Below, one piece after another: positions 63,968 to 64,000 of a DNA stretch of 64,000 nt. The notes under the pieces are model-generated. The model was not told the origin of the DNA, searched no databases, and saw only the letters and a list, made by a program, of their open reading frames with translations. The first letter of the stretch is position 1, and each line of letters begins with the position of its first letter. Source of the DNA: a virus; IMG/VR virus record IMGVR_UViG_3300017781_004450, positions 1 through 64,000 of that record; one strand, written 5' to 3'. The position numbers and the translations under genes were made by a program.

Positions 63968-64000
63968 TCTGTTTCCTATAACTTCTTGCTATAAGTTCCA

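Noticed and set aside
1-64000. Stop-codon reassignment, as in some large phages
   Set aside because: Recognisable genes are full length under code 11, and TAA, TAG and TGA all end genes at expected positions
42071-64000. RiPP precursor peptide for the SPASM/twitch enzymes
   Set aside because: Intergenic gaps in the island are too small and no leader/core-like short ORF or RRE domain was seen; a precursor could lie outside the window
1-64000. tRNA, rRNA, integrase, transposase, homing endonuclease or reverse transcriptase
   Set aside because: No such motif was recognised and intergenic space is minimal; a tRNAscan-SE/Infernal run would be needed to exclude small RNAs formally

Overview
The window is part of a large, AT-rich, lytic dsDNA tailed-phage genome (myovirus-like, with T4-type TA(T)AAATA late-promoter boxes). 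The host is probably Gram-negative, judging by the spanins, KdsA and proteobacterial-type IscS/IscU/FdxA. Left to right it contains: probable head-packaged proteins (1-3.4 kb); a dnaJ-def-clpA proteostasis operon; a lysis cassette (GH19 endolysin, spanins, holin-like proteins) carrying an acyl-carrier-protein homologue that lacks the phosphopantetheine serine; phoH, a 7Fe ferredoxin, clamp loader, MazG, GroES and a stand-alone DnaE fragment; baseplate and tail-fibre genes (17-30 kb); an Fe-S assembly and oxidative-stress block (iscU, iscS, sod, iscA); uvsE; a Kdo/glycosylation block with queD; thyX; and, from 42 kb to beyond the window end, a dense tailoring-enzyme island. The island holds 8 radical SAM enzymes, 7 2OG-Fe(II)/AspH-like oxygenases, a QueC-like ATPase, a methyltransferase, SDRs, a GNAT, two kinase-like paralogues, an SGNH protein and an alternative oxidase. 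The clearest sequence-level pattern is a late-promoter box 4-6 nt (almost always 5) upstream of a start codon (TAAATA/TAAGTA-N5-ATG) at about 15 sites. This implies leaderless late mRNAs, including for most units of the radical SAM island. Two candidate RNA switches (phoH and queD leaders) were also seen. No tRNA, rRNA, CRISPR array or mobile element was recognised. All functional calls come from motif recognition by eye, not from database searches.
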